Shown here one piece after another: positions 9,271-17,953 of a DNA stretch of 64,000 nucleotides. The stretch comes from Dehalococcoidia bacterium. Its GTDB lineage: Bacteria > Chloroflexota > Dehalococcoidia > Lucifugimonadales > UBA3495. Positions within the stretch are counted from its first letter, which is position 1, and the number at the start of each line of letters is the position of its first letter. Under the pieces are notes generated by a model. The model saw nothing but the letters and a program-made list of their open reading frames with translations. It was not told the DNA's origin and ran no database searches. Where the stretch lies: contig OY843611.1 in NCBI GenBank assembly GCA_963692995.1, positions 716,279 through 780,278 of the forward strand, read 5' to 3'. The position numbers and the translations under genes are program-made.

Positions 9271-10083
9271 ATGATACATAAAAAGGCCGACCCCAAAGCC
9301 GTCACGGTGGCGCGGGCGGTGCAGGAACAAGCGCCGAACGACGCCGTTATCGTCCTGTTCGGCTCTCGCGCCCGCGGCGATTACCACGAGCGTTCCGACA
9401 TCGACCTGATGATGCTGGTGCCCGACCGGGACGCCAGCGGCCACGATGCGTGGGCGGCCGCTTCCCGTACCGCGCGCGCTGTCGCCGAGCGGGAGTATGG
9501 CCGCCCGGTGGCAGTGGACGTTTTGCAGATTGACCACCCCCGCTTTCGCCGGGGCCGCCGCGCCGTCAATCACGTCGCTTACGACATCATCAGGGATGGT
9601 ATCCCCATGACCCAAATCCCGTTCTCGGCCATCGACCCCGACGCCCGCGATGACGATGGCTACCCGGATAACTGGCCCGACATCAGCGAACGGCTCAAAG
9701 ACGCTTTGGATTCATTTCGTCATATGCGCTATGACTTGGCCGACGGCGCCGAAAAATATCTGGGGCGCAACGGCCAGGAAGCCCTGGAACACTGCTACAA
9801 AGCCCTGATCTCAGCCCTCGGCGTAGCCTACCCCCGCACCCACGACCTGCGGGAACTGGAAGCGCAACTCGACCAACTTAGCGAAAGGCACGGTCTCCAC
9901 ATCCCGCCGTGCCTGGACTGGCTGGAAGGTTTCTATGGAGGAAAGCGTTACGACCCGCCCGGGCCCATCCCAATGGAACCTCAAGCGTTCTTTGAGCAAG
10001 TGGAACAAGTCAAAGACGCCATCATAGCCCGCGTCCACGAAATCACCGGCACGTCCGAAGCTGACCTGTACCCCGACCGATAA
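9271..10083 (+). CDS. Fused minimal nucleotidyltransferase (MNT)-HEPN domain protein
   Basis: LFGSRARGD...SDIDL (MNT), followed by QEALEHCYKA, PRTHDL and KRY (HEPN). Confidence 0.85.
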   Translation: MIHKKADPKAVTVARAVQEQAPNDAVIVLFGSRARGDYHERSDIDLMMLVPDRDASGHDAWAAASRTARAVAEREYGRPVAVDVLQIDHPRFRRGRRAVNHVAYDIIRDGIPMTQIPFSAIDPDARDDDGYPDNWPDISERLKDALDSFRHMRYDLADGAEKYLGRNGQEALEHCYKALISALGVAYPRTHDLRELEAQLDQLSERHGLHIPPCLDWLEGFYGGKRYDPPGPIPMEPQAFFEQVEQVKDAIIARVHEITGTSEADLYPDR

Positions 10084-10198
10084 GCGACCGGCTCACGTTT
10101 GCAACGGCCGGCCGCTGTCCCTATACTGCGGCCATTGCTGACTGGCCCGGATCGCACGGCTGGCGACAGCGTAGGCCGCCACACCGAGGAGGCTCCTG

Positions 10199-11365
10199 AT
10201 GCCGAAAGACAAGGTGGAAGTTTTCTGGTTTTCCGAACAACCCTACGGCCATGTTACCGACGAGGACGTTGCGCAGTACGATTCGGGACGGCTGGATTTC
10301 CCCAACTCCCACTTCGACCCGGAGAAGGCGCACGTTCTGTACACCAACTATCACGACCAATACGCCTGGGCCGATGAGAACGGCTTCGACGGCATCATGT
10401 CCAACGAGCATCATGCTTCTTACTGGTGCATGAAGCCGGCGGTCAACATTGACGCCGCCGTGATCGCCAAGGTGACGCGCAATACCAAGATCGCCATTCT
10501 GGGCAATGTCATCGCCATCAACGACCCGATCCGCATGGCCGAGGAAATCGCCATGCTGGACTGCATATCAGGGGGGCGGATTATCTCCGGTTTCGTCCGG
10601 GGCACCGCGGTGGAGACCCTGCAAGGCGGCGTTGCTCCGCCGCAAAACCGGGATCGCTTTGAAGAGGCTCACGACCTGATCATCAAGTGCTGGACCGAGC
10701 CGGGGCCGTTCCGCTACGAGGGCGAGTATTACCACTATCGGAAGGTGAACCCCTGGGTGTTGCCCATGCAAAAGCCCCACCCGCCCATCTGGTTCCCCGG
10801 ATTCAGCAGCCCGGAGTCTGTGGTGTGGGCAGCGCGACACGAGCACCCGTACATGAACCTGGGCTCGCTGCTGGATCACACCCACCGGCTGCGCGACGTG
10901 TACATCGACACGGCGCGGGAGACCGGGTTCGATCCGGGGCCGGAACACTTTGGCTACCTGTTGCGCGTGTTCTGCGCGGACACCGACGAAAAGGCCCAGG
11001 AGCTGGGCCGCGAGTTTCTGTGGACCCAGGAGCATCGCAACCGCGGCCCCCGCGAGCACAACGACCCGCCCGGCTACCAGTCCCGCGAGGCGGTCAACAT
11101 CCAGCGGACGCTGCCGGGCGCCGGCGGGTTCGGTCGGATGATGACCTACGAGGAGTTGCAGGAAGCCAACAACATTATCGTGGGCAGCCCCGACACGGTG
11201 CGGGAAAAGCTGTCCATGATTGTGGAACGGCTCAACCCCGGCTACCTGCACATCTACGGCAATGAGGGCGCGATGGCTCACGAGGACGTGATGCGTTCCA
11301 TCGAGTTGATTGGCCGGGAAGTGATACCCGCCTTGCACGAGATTCCGCTGGTTGACCGCTACTAG
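10199..11365 (+). CDS. LLM-class flavin-dependent oxidoreductase
   Basis: NEHH, PIRMAEEIAMLDCISGGR, PMQKPHPPIW and IVGSPDTV motifs. Confidence 0.93.
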   Translation: MPKDKVEVFWFSEQPYGHVTDEDVAQYDSGRLDFPNSHFDPEKAHVLYTNYHDQYAWADENGFDGIMSNEHHASYWCMKPAVNIDAAVIAKVTRNTKIAILGNVIAINDPIRMAEEIAMLDCISGGRIISGFVRGTAVETLQGGVAPPQNRDRFEEAHDLIIKCWTEPGPFRYEGEYYHYRKVNPWVLPMQKPHPPIWFPGFSSPESVVWAARHEHPYMNLGSLLDHTHRLRDVYIDTARETGFDPGPEHFGYLLRVFCADTDEKAQELGREFLWTQEHRNRGPREHNDPPGYQSREAVNIQRTLPGAGGFGRMMTYEELQEANNIIVGSPDTVREKLSMIVERLNPGYLHIYGNEGAMAHEDVMRSIELIGREVIPALHEIPLVDRY

Positions 11366-11386
11366 GCAACGGAGGCAGGCAGAGCT

Positions 11387-12280
11387 GTGACGAAGCAATT
11401 GCCGCAACGGCAAGCCTTCATCGGCGTTGGCGCCATGGGCAGCCTGATGGGGGGCTGCCTGCTGGACGCCGGCGTTGACCTGGCGGTTTTCGACATCAGG
11501 CGGGAAGCGGCGGAACCGCTGCTGGAGCGCGGCGCGCGTTGGGCCGCCAGCGCGGAGGACGCGGCGCGGGGCCGCGAAATTGTATGGGCGTCATTGCCGG
11601 GCCCGGCGCAGGTGGAATCGGCGCTGCTGGGCGACGAGGCCGCCGTCCTGGCGGCGATGGCCGACGGCGCGGTTCTGGTGGACACCACCACCAACGATCC
11701 GGAGGTGGCCCGGCGAGTGGCCGCCGCTTGCGGCAATCGGGGGCTGGCCATGCTGGACGCCCCGGTGAGCGGCCGGCCACCGACGATGACAATGATGGTG
11801 GGGGGCGAGCGGGCAGTGTTCGAGCGGACGCGGCCGGCGCTGGACACCGTCGCCGCGCAGGTATTCTACGTCGGGCCGGCCGGCGCCGGCTGCGTCGCCA
11901 AGCTGGCCACGCAGTATATGGGCTACACCAACCTGATTGCCGCCATCGAAGGAATGTTGATTGGCAAACTCGGCGGGGTTGACCCGGCGGTTCTGGCGGA
12001 AATTGTCCCGGTAAGCGCGGGGGCGAGCCGGGCTTTCAACGCGATACCCAACAGCATCCTGAACCGCTCTTTTCAAGCCGGCGGAACATTGGACATCGTA
12101 GCCAAGGACGTGGCGCTGGCTTGCGCTCTGGCAGAGCGATTGGGTGCGCCGGCGGATACCGGGTCGGTGGCGGATGCGCTGTACCGGGCCGCGCAGTCGG
12201 CAGGATGGGGCAGTGAGGGCTACCCGATAGTGGCGCAGGTACTGGAGCGGTTGGCGGGCGTCGAGTTGGGTGACGAGTAA
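11387..12280 (+). CDS. NAD(P)-dependent oxidoreductase, 3-hydroxyisobutyrate dehydrogenase family
   Basis: FIGVGAMG, LDAPVSG, MVGG, catalytic K in VAKL, and KD motif. Confidence 0.92.
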   Translation: MTKQLPQRQAFIGVGAMGSLMGGCLLDAGVDLAVFDIRREAAEPLLERGARWAASAEDAARGREIVWASLPGPAQVESALLGDEAAVLAAMADGAVLVDTTTNDPEVARRVAAACGNRGLAMLDAPVSGRPPTMTMMVGGERAVFERTRPALDTVAAQVFYVGPAGAGCVAKLATQYMGYTNLIAAIEGMLIGKLGGVDPAVLAEIVPVSAGASRAFNAIPNSILNRSFQAGGTLDIVAKDVALACALAERLGAPADTGSVADALYRAAQSAGWGSEGYPIVAQVLERLAGVELGDE

Positions 12281-12287
12281 GGCCGCT

Positions 12288-12692
12288 TTAGGGAGCCGGC
12301 GAACTGCCGTTGGGTTCGCCGGACAGGATTCTGGCGATTTCCGGCGGCAACTCCACCCCATGTTCCGCCAGCGCTTTGCTGATGCGCTCGCGCTCTTCCC
12401 GGCGTCCTTCCCGGCGTCCTCGCTCGGCAACCCTTTTCTCGACGGCTTCTTTGGCGGCGAACCACATCTGTAAAACTCCGTAAAGCGCGAGGGTAGTGGG
12501 GAACAGTAGCAGCGTCGCTAATATTATCACGCCGTCGTCCTGGTCCGTCAGATCTTTGAGGAACCCGATAATCCAGAGTCCGGCGCCGGATTGGCAACGG
12601 CTGATTGTCACCGCAATCGCCATACTGACGGTTATTGACAGTGAACCGTCGATGAATCTCCAGAGTGACCGGTCGCTCTCGCTGGTTTCCAT
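12288..12692 (-). CDS. Hypothetical membrane protein with an ERGRREGRREE charged tail
   Basis: Two hydrophobic segments and a 12-bp internal repeat. Convergent with the upstream operon. Confidence 0.6.
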   Translation of the reverse strand: METSESDRSLWRFIDGSLSITVSMAIAVTISRCQSGAGLWIIGFLKDLTDQDDGVIILATLLLFPTTLALYGVLQMWFAAKEAVEKRVAERGRREGRREERERISKALAEHGVELPPEIARILSGEPNGSSPAP

Positions 12693-12885
12693 TTTATCAT
12701 CCGCTTTAGCCCGATGCTCTGGCTACCGTATCACGATGCAGGGCCGAGCGCCTGTTTAGTATCGCGCCGGCTCGTGCCGGTTAAGCAATACGTGCTGGAG
12801 GCTCATCTCCTTGGCCGGTGTGGTACTATGGCGAGGCACATTCAGGCAGCCGCACCGGAGTTGCGCCGGCGCCCGGAGGGAGAAC

Positions 12886-14262
12886 ATGGCGATTGCGTTC
12901 CAGCCCAGCGCTTACAGCGACCTGGTTGACCAGGAAAACGGCATGGTCAGCCGGGAGATATTCGTCAACCCCGACATCTATGCCGAGGAGCAGGAGCGGA
13001 TTTTCACCCGCGCCTGGCTGTTCGTCGGCCACGAAAGTCAGGTTGCCAAGCCCGGCGACTTTTTCGTGTCAGCCATGGGCGAGGAATCGGTCATCCTTTG
13101 CCGCGATCGGCAGGGCGAGATCCACGTCTTTCTGAACTCCTGTATGCACCGGGGGATGAAGGTTTGTCGTTACGATGAGGGCAACACGCCCATTTTCACC
13201 TGCCCCTACCACGGCTGGAGCTTCGCGACTGACGGCGCGCTGGTGGGCGTGCCCTTCTACAAGGACGCCTATCACGAGGAGCTGGACAAATCGCAGTGGG
13301 GCCTGATCCGTGTGCCCCGGATGATCAACTACAAGGGCGGCATTTGGGCGACCTGGGATCCCAACGCGCCGGATTTCCTGGAATACATCGGGGGATTCCG
13401 CACCTACCTGGACATCCTGTTTGACGGATGGGACGGCGCCGAGGGCGGCACCGAGATCATTGGTGGCATCGAGAAGTGGATGGTGCCCAGCAACTGGAAA
13501 TTCCCCGCCGAGAACTTCATCGGCGACCGTTACCATAACATCAGTCACCGCTCCGTTGATCTGGTGGGCATCGGCCCGTCCGGCCAGGGACGCCGGGACA
13601 ACAGTGAGCGCGCGGGAGCCAAATCCCTGGATGTATCCTTCCCGGAACGGGGTCACGGCACCGTCATGTTCCTGCGCCCCGCCGACGCGCAGCCCGTTCC
13701 GTCCTACCAGAACGATCCTATCGTCTCCGAGTATTTCTACCAGTGCGAAATCGCGCGCAAGGAACGGCAGGGCCAGCGGTGGCGCATCTTGGCCGGGCCA
13801 GGGACCATCTTCCCCAATATGTCCTTCCTCCCCCGTCAGCCGCGCAGCATCGCAGTGTGGCATCCCCGCGGCCCGGACCGGACCGAGGTTTGGCGATGGT
13901 TTCTGGTGGACAGCTCCGCGCCGCCGGAAGTCAAAGAGTTCTTGCGCCAATACTACATCCGCTACTCCGGCCCTGCCGGGCTGACCGAGCAGGACGATAT
14001 GGAGAACTGGAACTACGCCCACGCCGCCAGCCGAGGCGCGATGGCCCGCCGTCACCATTACAACTACCAGATGGGCCTGGGCTACGCGGTCACCGATTTC
14101 GAGGACGGCGGGCTGAAGCTGGACGGCACCGTGCTGGACACCACCAAGGCCCGGGCCGGCGAGCAGAACCAGCGCGGGTTCTACAGCCGCTGGCGGGATT
14201 TCATGGCCGCGCGGAATTGGGACGAGCTGGCCACTTGGCGCAACAACGGCTCGGCCGGTTAG
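12886..14262 (+). CDS. Aromatic ring-hydroxylating (Rieske) dioxygenase, alpha subunit
   Basis: Rieske CMH...CPYH, mononuclear iron NFIGDRYH...H, and EQDDMENW. Confidence 0.96.
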   Translation: MAIAFQPSAYSDLVDQENGMVSREIFVNPDIYAEEQERIFTRAWLFVGHESQVAKPGDFFVSAMGEESVILCRDRQGEIHVFLNSCMHRGMKVCRYDEGNTPIFTCPYHGWSFATDGALVGVPFYKDAYHEELDKSQWGLIRVPRMINYKGGIWATWDPNAPDFLEYIGGFRTYLDILFDGWDGAEGGTEIIGGIEKWMVPSNWKFPAENFIGDRYHNISHRSVDLVGIGPSGQGRRDNSERAGAKSLDVSFPERGHGTVMFLRPADAQPVPSYQNDPIVSEYFYQCEIARKERQGQRWRILAGPGTIFPNMSFLPRQPRSIAVWHPRGPDRTEVWRWFLVDSSAPPEVKEFLRQYYIRYSGPAGLTEQDDMENWNYAHAASRGAMARRHHYNYQMGLGYAVTDFEDGGLKLDGTVLDTTKARAGEQNQRGFYSRWRDFMAARNWDELATWRNNGSAG

Positions 14263-14270
14263 GTAGCATC

Positions 14271-14816
14271 ATGGTAGTTGCCAATGACTCGCTGACAATG
14301 CTCCTGCTCAAGCAGGACGTGGAAGCCTTTCTGTACCACGAGGCCAACTTGCTGGATGACCGGCGCTACAAGGATTGGCTAACTCTGCTCACCGACGACG
14401 TGCGCTATTGGGTGCCCATGCGCCGCAACGTCAAGTTCGGCGAGCTGGAGCGGGAGTTCACCCGGGAAGGCCAGGACATCAACTGGTTTGACGAGGGCAA
14501 GCCAACGTTGACGCAGCGGGTCAACCAGATCCTAACCGGCGTCCACTGGGCCGAAGAACCGTTATCCCGCATCTCCCATCTGGTCACCAACGTGGAGATA
14601 CTGCGGGTTGCTCCCACGGCGGCGGACGCGGAGGAAGTATCGCTGCGCTGCCGGTTCATCATCTATCGGAACCGGGTAGAGACGGAAACGGACCTACTGG
14701 TGGGCCGGCGTGAGGACACGCTGCGTCGGGTTGACGGCGAATGGCGCATCGCCCAGCGGCAGGTATTCCTGGACCAGAACGTGCTGCTGGCGAAGAACCT
14801 GACCTTCTTTTTCTGA
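14271..14816 (+). CDS. Ring-hydroxylating dioxygenase, beta subunit (HcaF/BphE-like)
   Basis: FLYHEANLLDDRR, WAEEPLSR, GRREDTLR and NLTFFF motifs. Starts 8 bp after the alpha subunit. Confidence 0.95.
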   Translation: MVVANDSLTMLLLKQDVEAFLYHEANLLDDRRYKDWLTLLTDDVRYWVPMRRNVKFGELEREFTREGQDINWFDEGKPTLTQRVNQILTGVHWAEEPLSRISHLVTNVEILRVAPTAADAEEVSLRCRFIIYRNRVETETDLLVGRREDTLRRVDGEWRIAQRQVFLDQNVLLAKNLTFFF

Positions 14817-14819
14817 CCG

Positions 14820-14932
14820 TGTTCAGCGTCATTCCCGAGTTCAGCGTCATTCCCGCGAAAGCGGGAATCTATAATCGGGCTCAAGCCCTGATCGCCGAAT
14901 ATGTCCGGATTCCGGCGAAAGCCGGAATGACG
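14820..14932. repeat. REP-like palindrome pair (GTCATTCCCGCGAAAGCGGGAATC family) with a partial tandem unit
   Basis: gtcattcccgcgaaagcgggaatc near 14846 and inverted gattccggcgaaagccggaatgac near 14909. Confidence 0.9.
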
Positions 14933-14957
14933 GTGTCCGGATGCGCGGGTGAAATTT

Positions 14958-15161
14958 ATGGCTGACATAGTGAATTTGTTTGAGGTGGAGCCCGGCCAGA
15001 CGGTGCGGCTCTACGGCGAGGCTACCGCCGAAGTGGTTTCTAATCCCAGAGACGGGGTTTGGCTGTTCGTGCGCTACCTGACCAGTCCGGAGGACCCGGC
15101 GCAAGTGGGCGAAGAGGACATGGTCTTCGCCCAGGACGTGCTGGAACTGGTGGCCGGCTAG
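14958..15161 (+). CDS. Small acidic hypothetical protein downstream of the dioxygenase
   Basis: 67 aa with host-like codon usage and a beta-rich pattern (TAEVVSNPRDGVWLFVRY). Confidence 0.7.
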   Translation: MADIVNLFEVEPGQTVRLYGEATAEVVSNPRDGVWLFVRYLTSPEDPAQVGEEDMVFAQDVLELVAG

Positions 15162-15166
15162 CGCCC

Positions 15167-15406
15167 ATGGCAACCGCTGCTAACGGCAACGCTGCCAGTG
15201 GGCAGTTGGCGGTTCCCAGCCACGACGAAATCCTGGCGGCGTTGCGCGCCGGCTATCGGGCCATCGACGACGGTTACGGGTTCTACCCCGGGTTCGACGG
15301 TTGGCTGGAGTCGCTGGGCTACCAACGGCGGGACGATGTGGCTTGCACCTGCCCCGACGGCGGATACCGCGGGCACCTGCCGGAATGCCAGTGGGTGCGG
15401 GAGTAA
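15167..15406 (+). CDS. Small hypothetical protein with a CxC...HxxxC putative metal site
   Basis: Starts 5 bp after the previous stop. ACTCPDGGYRGHLPECQW. Confidence 0.65.
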   Translation: MATAANGNAASGQLAVPSHDEILAALRAGYRAIDDGYGFYPGFDGWLESLGYQRRDDVACTCPDGGYRGHLPECQWVRE

Positions 15407-15425
15407 TCGAGAGGCGGTTATTCAT

Positions 15426-16043
15426 ATGGTAGATGATTTGCTGGGCAGTTTGCTGCTATTCAAAATCGTTGCCACGATAGTCGCGGTAGTTGTTTATGTG
15501 CTGGTTCGGGTTATCCGCAATCGGGCAATTGATCGGATTGCCCGCGCGCGGCAATTTCACCCGTCGCGGGTTTTCATGGTCCGGCGAGCCCTGGGCATTG
15601 TGGGCTGGATAATCCTGCTGGGAGTGCTGACGATAATCTGGAGCATCGATTTTCGCAGTTTGGCGGTGGCCTCCGGGGCGATTCTGGCCGCCCTTGGCAT
15701 CGCGTTTTTCGCCCAGTGGTCGATACTGAGCAATGTCACCACCAGCATCATAATGTACTGGCGGTTCCCGATACACATCGGAGGTCGGGTAGGACTGCTC
15801 AGCGACCAATCCTTTTCCGGGATTGTTACGGACCTCACCCCGTTTTTTATTGTGATCCGGGATGATGACGGAAATATTGTCACCGTACCCAATGTGCTGT
15901 CGTTGCAGCAGGCGTTCATCGTTTATAGTGACGGGGCGCCGGCGGAAGGTGAAGGGGAAAAGAAGCAAGGGAGTCAATCCGTTCCGGCCGCTGAACCGGC
16001 GGGATCCCTGGATGACACCGAATCGGAGCCAAGGAGAACGTAG
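15426..16043 (+). CDS. Small-conductance mechanosensitive channel (MscS family)
   Basis: Three TM segments, FAQWSILSN, PIHIG and VTVPN motifs. Confidence 0.85.
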   Translation: MVDDLLGSLLLFKIVATIVAVVVYVLVRVIRNRAIDRIARARQFHPSRVFMVRRALGIVGWIILLGVLTIIWSIDFRSLAVASGAILAALGIAFFAQWSILSNVTTSIIMYWRFPIHIGGRVGLLSDQSFSGIVTDLTPFFIVIRDDDGNIVTVPNVLSLQQAFIVYSDGAPAEGEGEKKQGSQSVPAAEPAGSLDDTESEPRRT

Positions 16044-16045
16044 TT

Positions 16046-16855
16046 ATGTCCCAGCAGTTGGTTGATCTGATGGAAGCGGTGTGGCAGTCCATCGCCACGC
16101 TGTGCGCCGACTTTACCCCCGAACAGTGGGCAACGCCTACGGAGTGCCCCGGCTGGTCGGTGCAGGACCAGGTGTCACACTTGGTGGGCAGCGAATGCCG
16201 GCTGCTGGGCCGGCCGGCGCCGGAGCATGAGCCGGCCGATACGTCCCACGTCCGCAACGAAACCGGACTGGGCAACGAGCGGCTGGTCGATTACCGACGA
16301 CGATTCGGCGGCGCCGAAGTGCTGGGCGAGTTCAGCGAGATTGCCGGCGAGCGTTTGGCCGTATTGCGTGGGATGTCGGAGGCCGATTTTGCCGCCGAGA
16401 CCGACAACCCTCTGGGCCGGGGGCCGTATAGCGACCTGCTGCGTATCCGTATCTACGACGCCTGGGTGCACGAGCAGGATATGCGCCGCGCGCTGGGCAT
16501 CCCCGGCCACTTGAGCGGCCCGGTGGCCCAGCACGCCTACGGGCGCACCGAGATGGCCATGCCCTTCGTGGTGGGCCGCAAGGTTAGGCCGGATGACGGC
16601 ACGACGGTGGTGTTCGAAATCACCGGCGACGTGGGCGGAACCATCGCGCTGAATATGGACGGCGGACGGGCGCACCGGATGGACGCCGCGCCGGCATCGC
16701 CAACGGTGCGGCTGACCATGGACTTGACGGCGTTCAACGCATTGGGAACCGGGCGCTGGACGGCGGAGCCGGCGTTGGCGGAGGGGTCGGTAGCCATTGC
16801 CGGCGACCGGGCGCTGGGCGAGCGGATTGTAGCGGAAATGAACTTTATGATCTAG
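16046..16855 (+). CDS. Maleylpyruvate isomerase / TIGR03083-like (DinB superfamily) protein with a C-terminal SCP2-like region
   Basis: TPTECPGWSVQDQVSHL and RIYDAWVHEQD motifs. Confidence 0.88.
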   Translation: MSQQLVDLMEAVWQSIATLCADFTPEQWATPTECPGWSVQDQVSHLVGSECRLLGRPAPEHEPADTSHVRNETGLGNERLVDYRRRFGGAEVLGEFSEIAGERLAVLRGMSEADFAAETDNPLGRGPYSDLLRIRIYDAWVHEQDMRRALGIPGHLSGPVAQHAYGRTEMAMPFVVGRKVRPDDGTTVVFEITGDVGGTIALNMDGGRAHRMDAAPASPTVRLTMDLTAFNALGTGRWTAEPALAEGSVAIAGDRALGERIVAEMNFMI

Positions 16856-16966
16856 GGCGGTTTGGCGTCCCCTGATACGGGCTGATACATTCCACCCGCT
16901 ATAATGCCCCGTAGCTACTACCGAGGCGGCGGGGCCGCCGTCATTTTAGGCTAAGGAGGTTCCACC

Positions 16967-17851
16967 ATGGAAATCGGCGTTTCGGTTCCCATTGTTGAAA
17001 TTGGCGACGACTTTGGCGCGCTGCGCGATTACATCCAGGCTGCCGAGGATTTGGGGTATTCCCATGTCCGCATCTTGGACCACGTGCTGGGGGCGGTGCC
17101 GGAGCAGCACCCGGAAGTGCCGCAGTTCCCTTATACCCACGAGTCATACATCCACGAACCATTTACGCTGATGGCGTATCTGGCCGCCGTTACCAAGCGC
17201 ATTGGGCTGACCACGGGCATCCTGATTTTGCCCCAGCGGCAGACGGCGCTGGTGGCCAAGCAGGCGGCGGAGGTTGACCTGCTCTCCGGCGGACGGTTGC
17301 GCCTGGGCATCGGCGTGGGCTGGAACTCGGTGGAATACGAGGCGCTGGGTGTGGACTTCGCCACCCGAGGCAGCCGCTGCGACGAGCAAATTGATGTGCT
17401 GCGCCAGCTGTGGACCGAGGATGTTATCGACTTCCACGGCAAGTACCACGACATCACCCACGCCGGCATCAACCCGCGGCCGGTGCAGCGGCCCATTCCC
17501 ATCTGGATTGGGGCGGGACGGGGCAATGCGCCGACGCCGCCCCATGCCGCCATCCGCCGCATCGGGCGGCTGGCCGACGGCTATTTCCCCATGTTCGCTC
17601 CCGACGCCGGCGGGCAGGCCATCCTGGGCCGCATCCGCGCCCAGGCCGAGGCTGCCGGTCGGGACCCTTCGGAAGTGGGCTTTGAGGGACGCATTACCAT
17701 CACCGCCGACAACAATCCCGAGGACTGGCTCACCGAGCTGAAGTCGTGGGAGGAAATTGGCGCGACGCACCTGGCCGCCGGGCTGCGCGGGGCGACCTCC
17801 CCGGACGCGCATATCGACGCTATTCGCCGGCTAAAGGATGCCATGGGGTGA
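16967..17851 (+). CDS. LLM-class F420-dependent oxidoreductase
   Basis: DHVLG, HEPFT, LPQRQTALVAKQAA, GVGWN and PVQRPIPIW motifs. Confidence 0.93.
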   Translation: MEIGVSVPIVEIGDDFGALRDYIQAAEDLGYSHVRILDHVLGAVPEQHPEVPQFPYTHESYIHEPFTLMAYLAAVTKRIGLTTGILILPQRQTALVAKQAAEVDLLSGGRLRLGIGVGWNSVEYEALGVDFATRGSRCDEQIDVLRQLWTEDVIDFHGKYHDITHAGINPRPVQRPIPIWIGAGRGNAPTPPHAAIRRIGRLADGYFPMFAPDAGGQAILGRIRAQAEAAGRDPSEVGFEGRITITADNNPEDWLTELKSWEEIGATHLAAGLRGATSPDAHIDAIRRLKDAMG

Positions 17852-17855
17852 CTGC

Positions 17856-17943
17856 TGGATTCCCGCGAAAGCGGGAATGACGAAGGGAGCGGGAATGACG
17901 GGAGCGGAGCGGGAATTACGAGTGGCGTGGAGCGGGAATGACG
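17856..17943. repeat. REP-like palindrome plus three trailing GCGGGAAT(G/T)AC units
   Basis: ggattcccgcgaaagcgggaatgac followed by arm copies separated by 7-12 nt. Confidence 0.9.
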
Positions 17944-17953
17944 GGGCGAGCGG

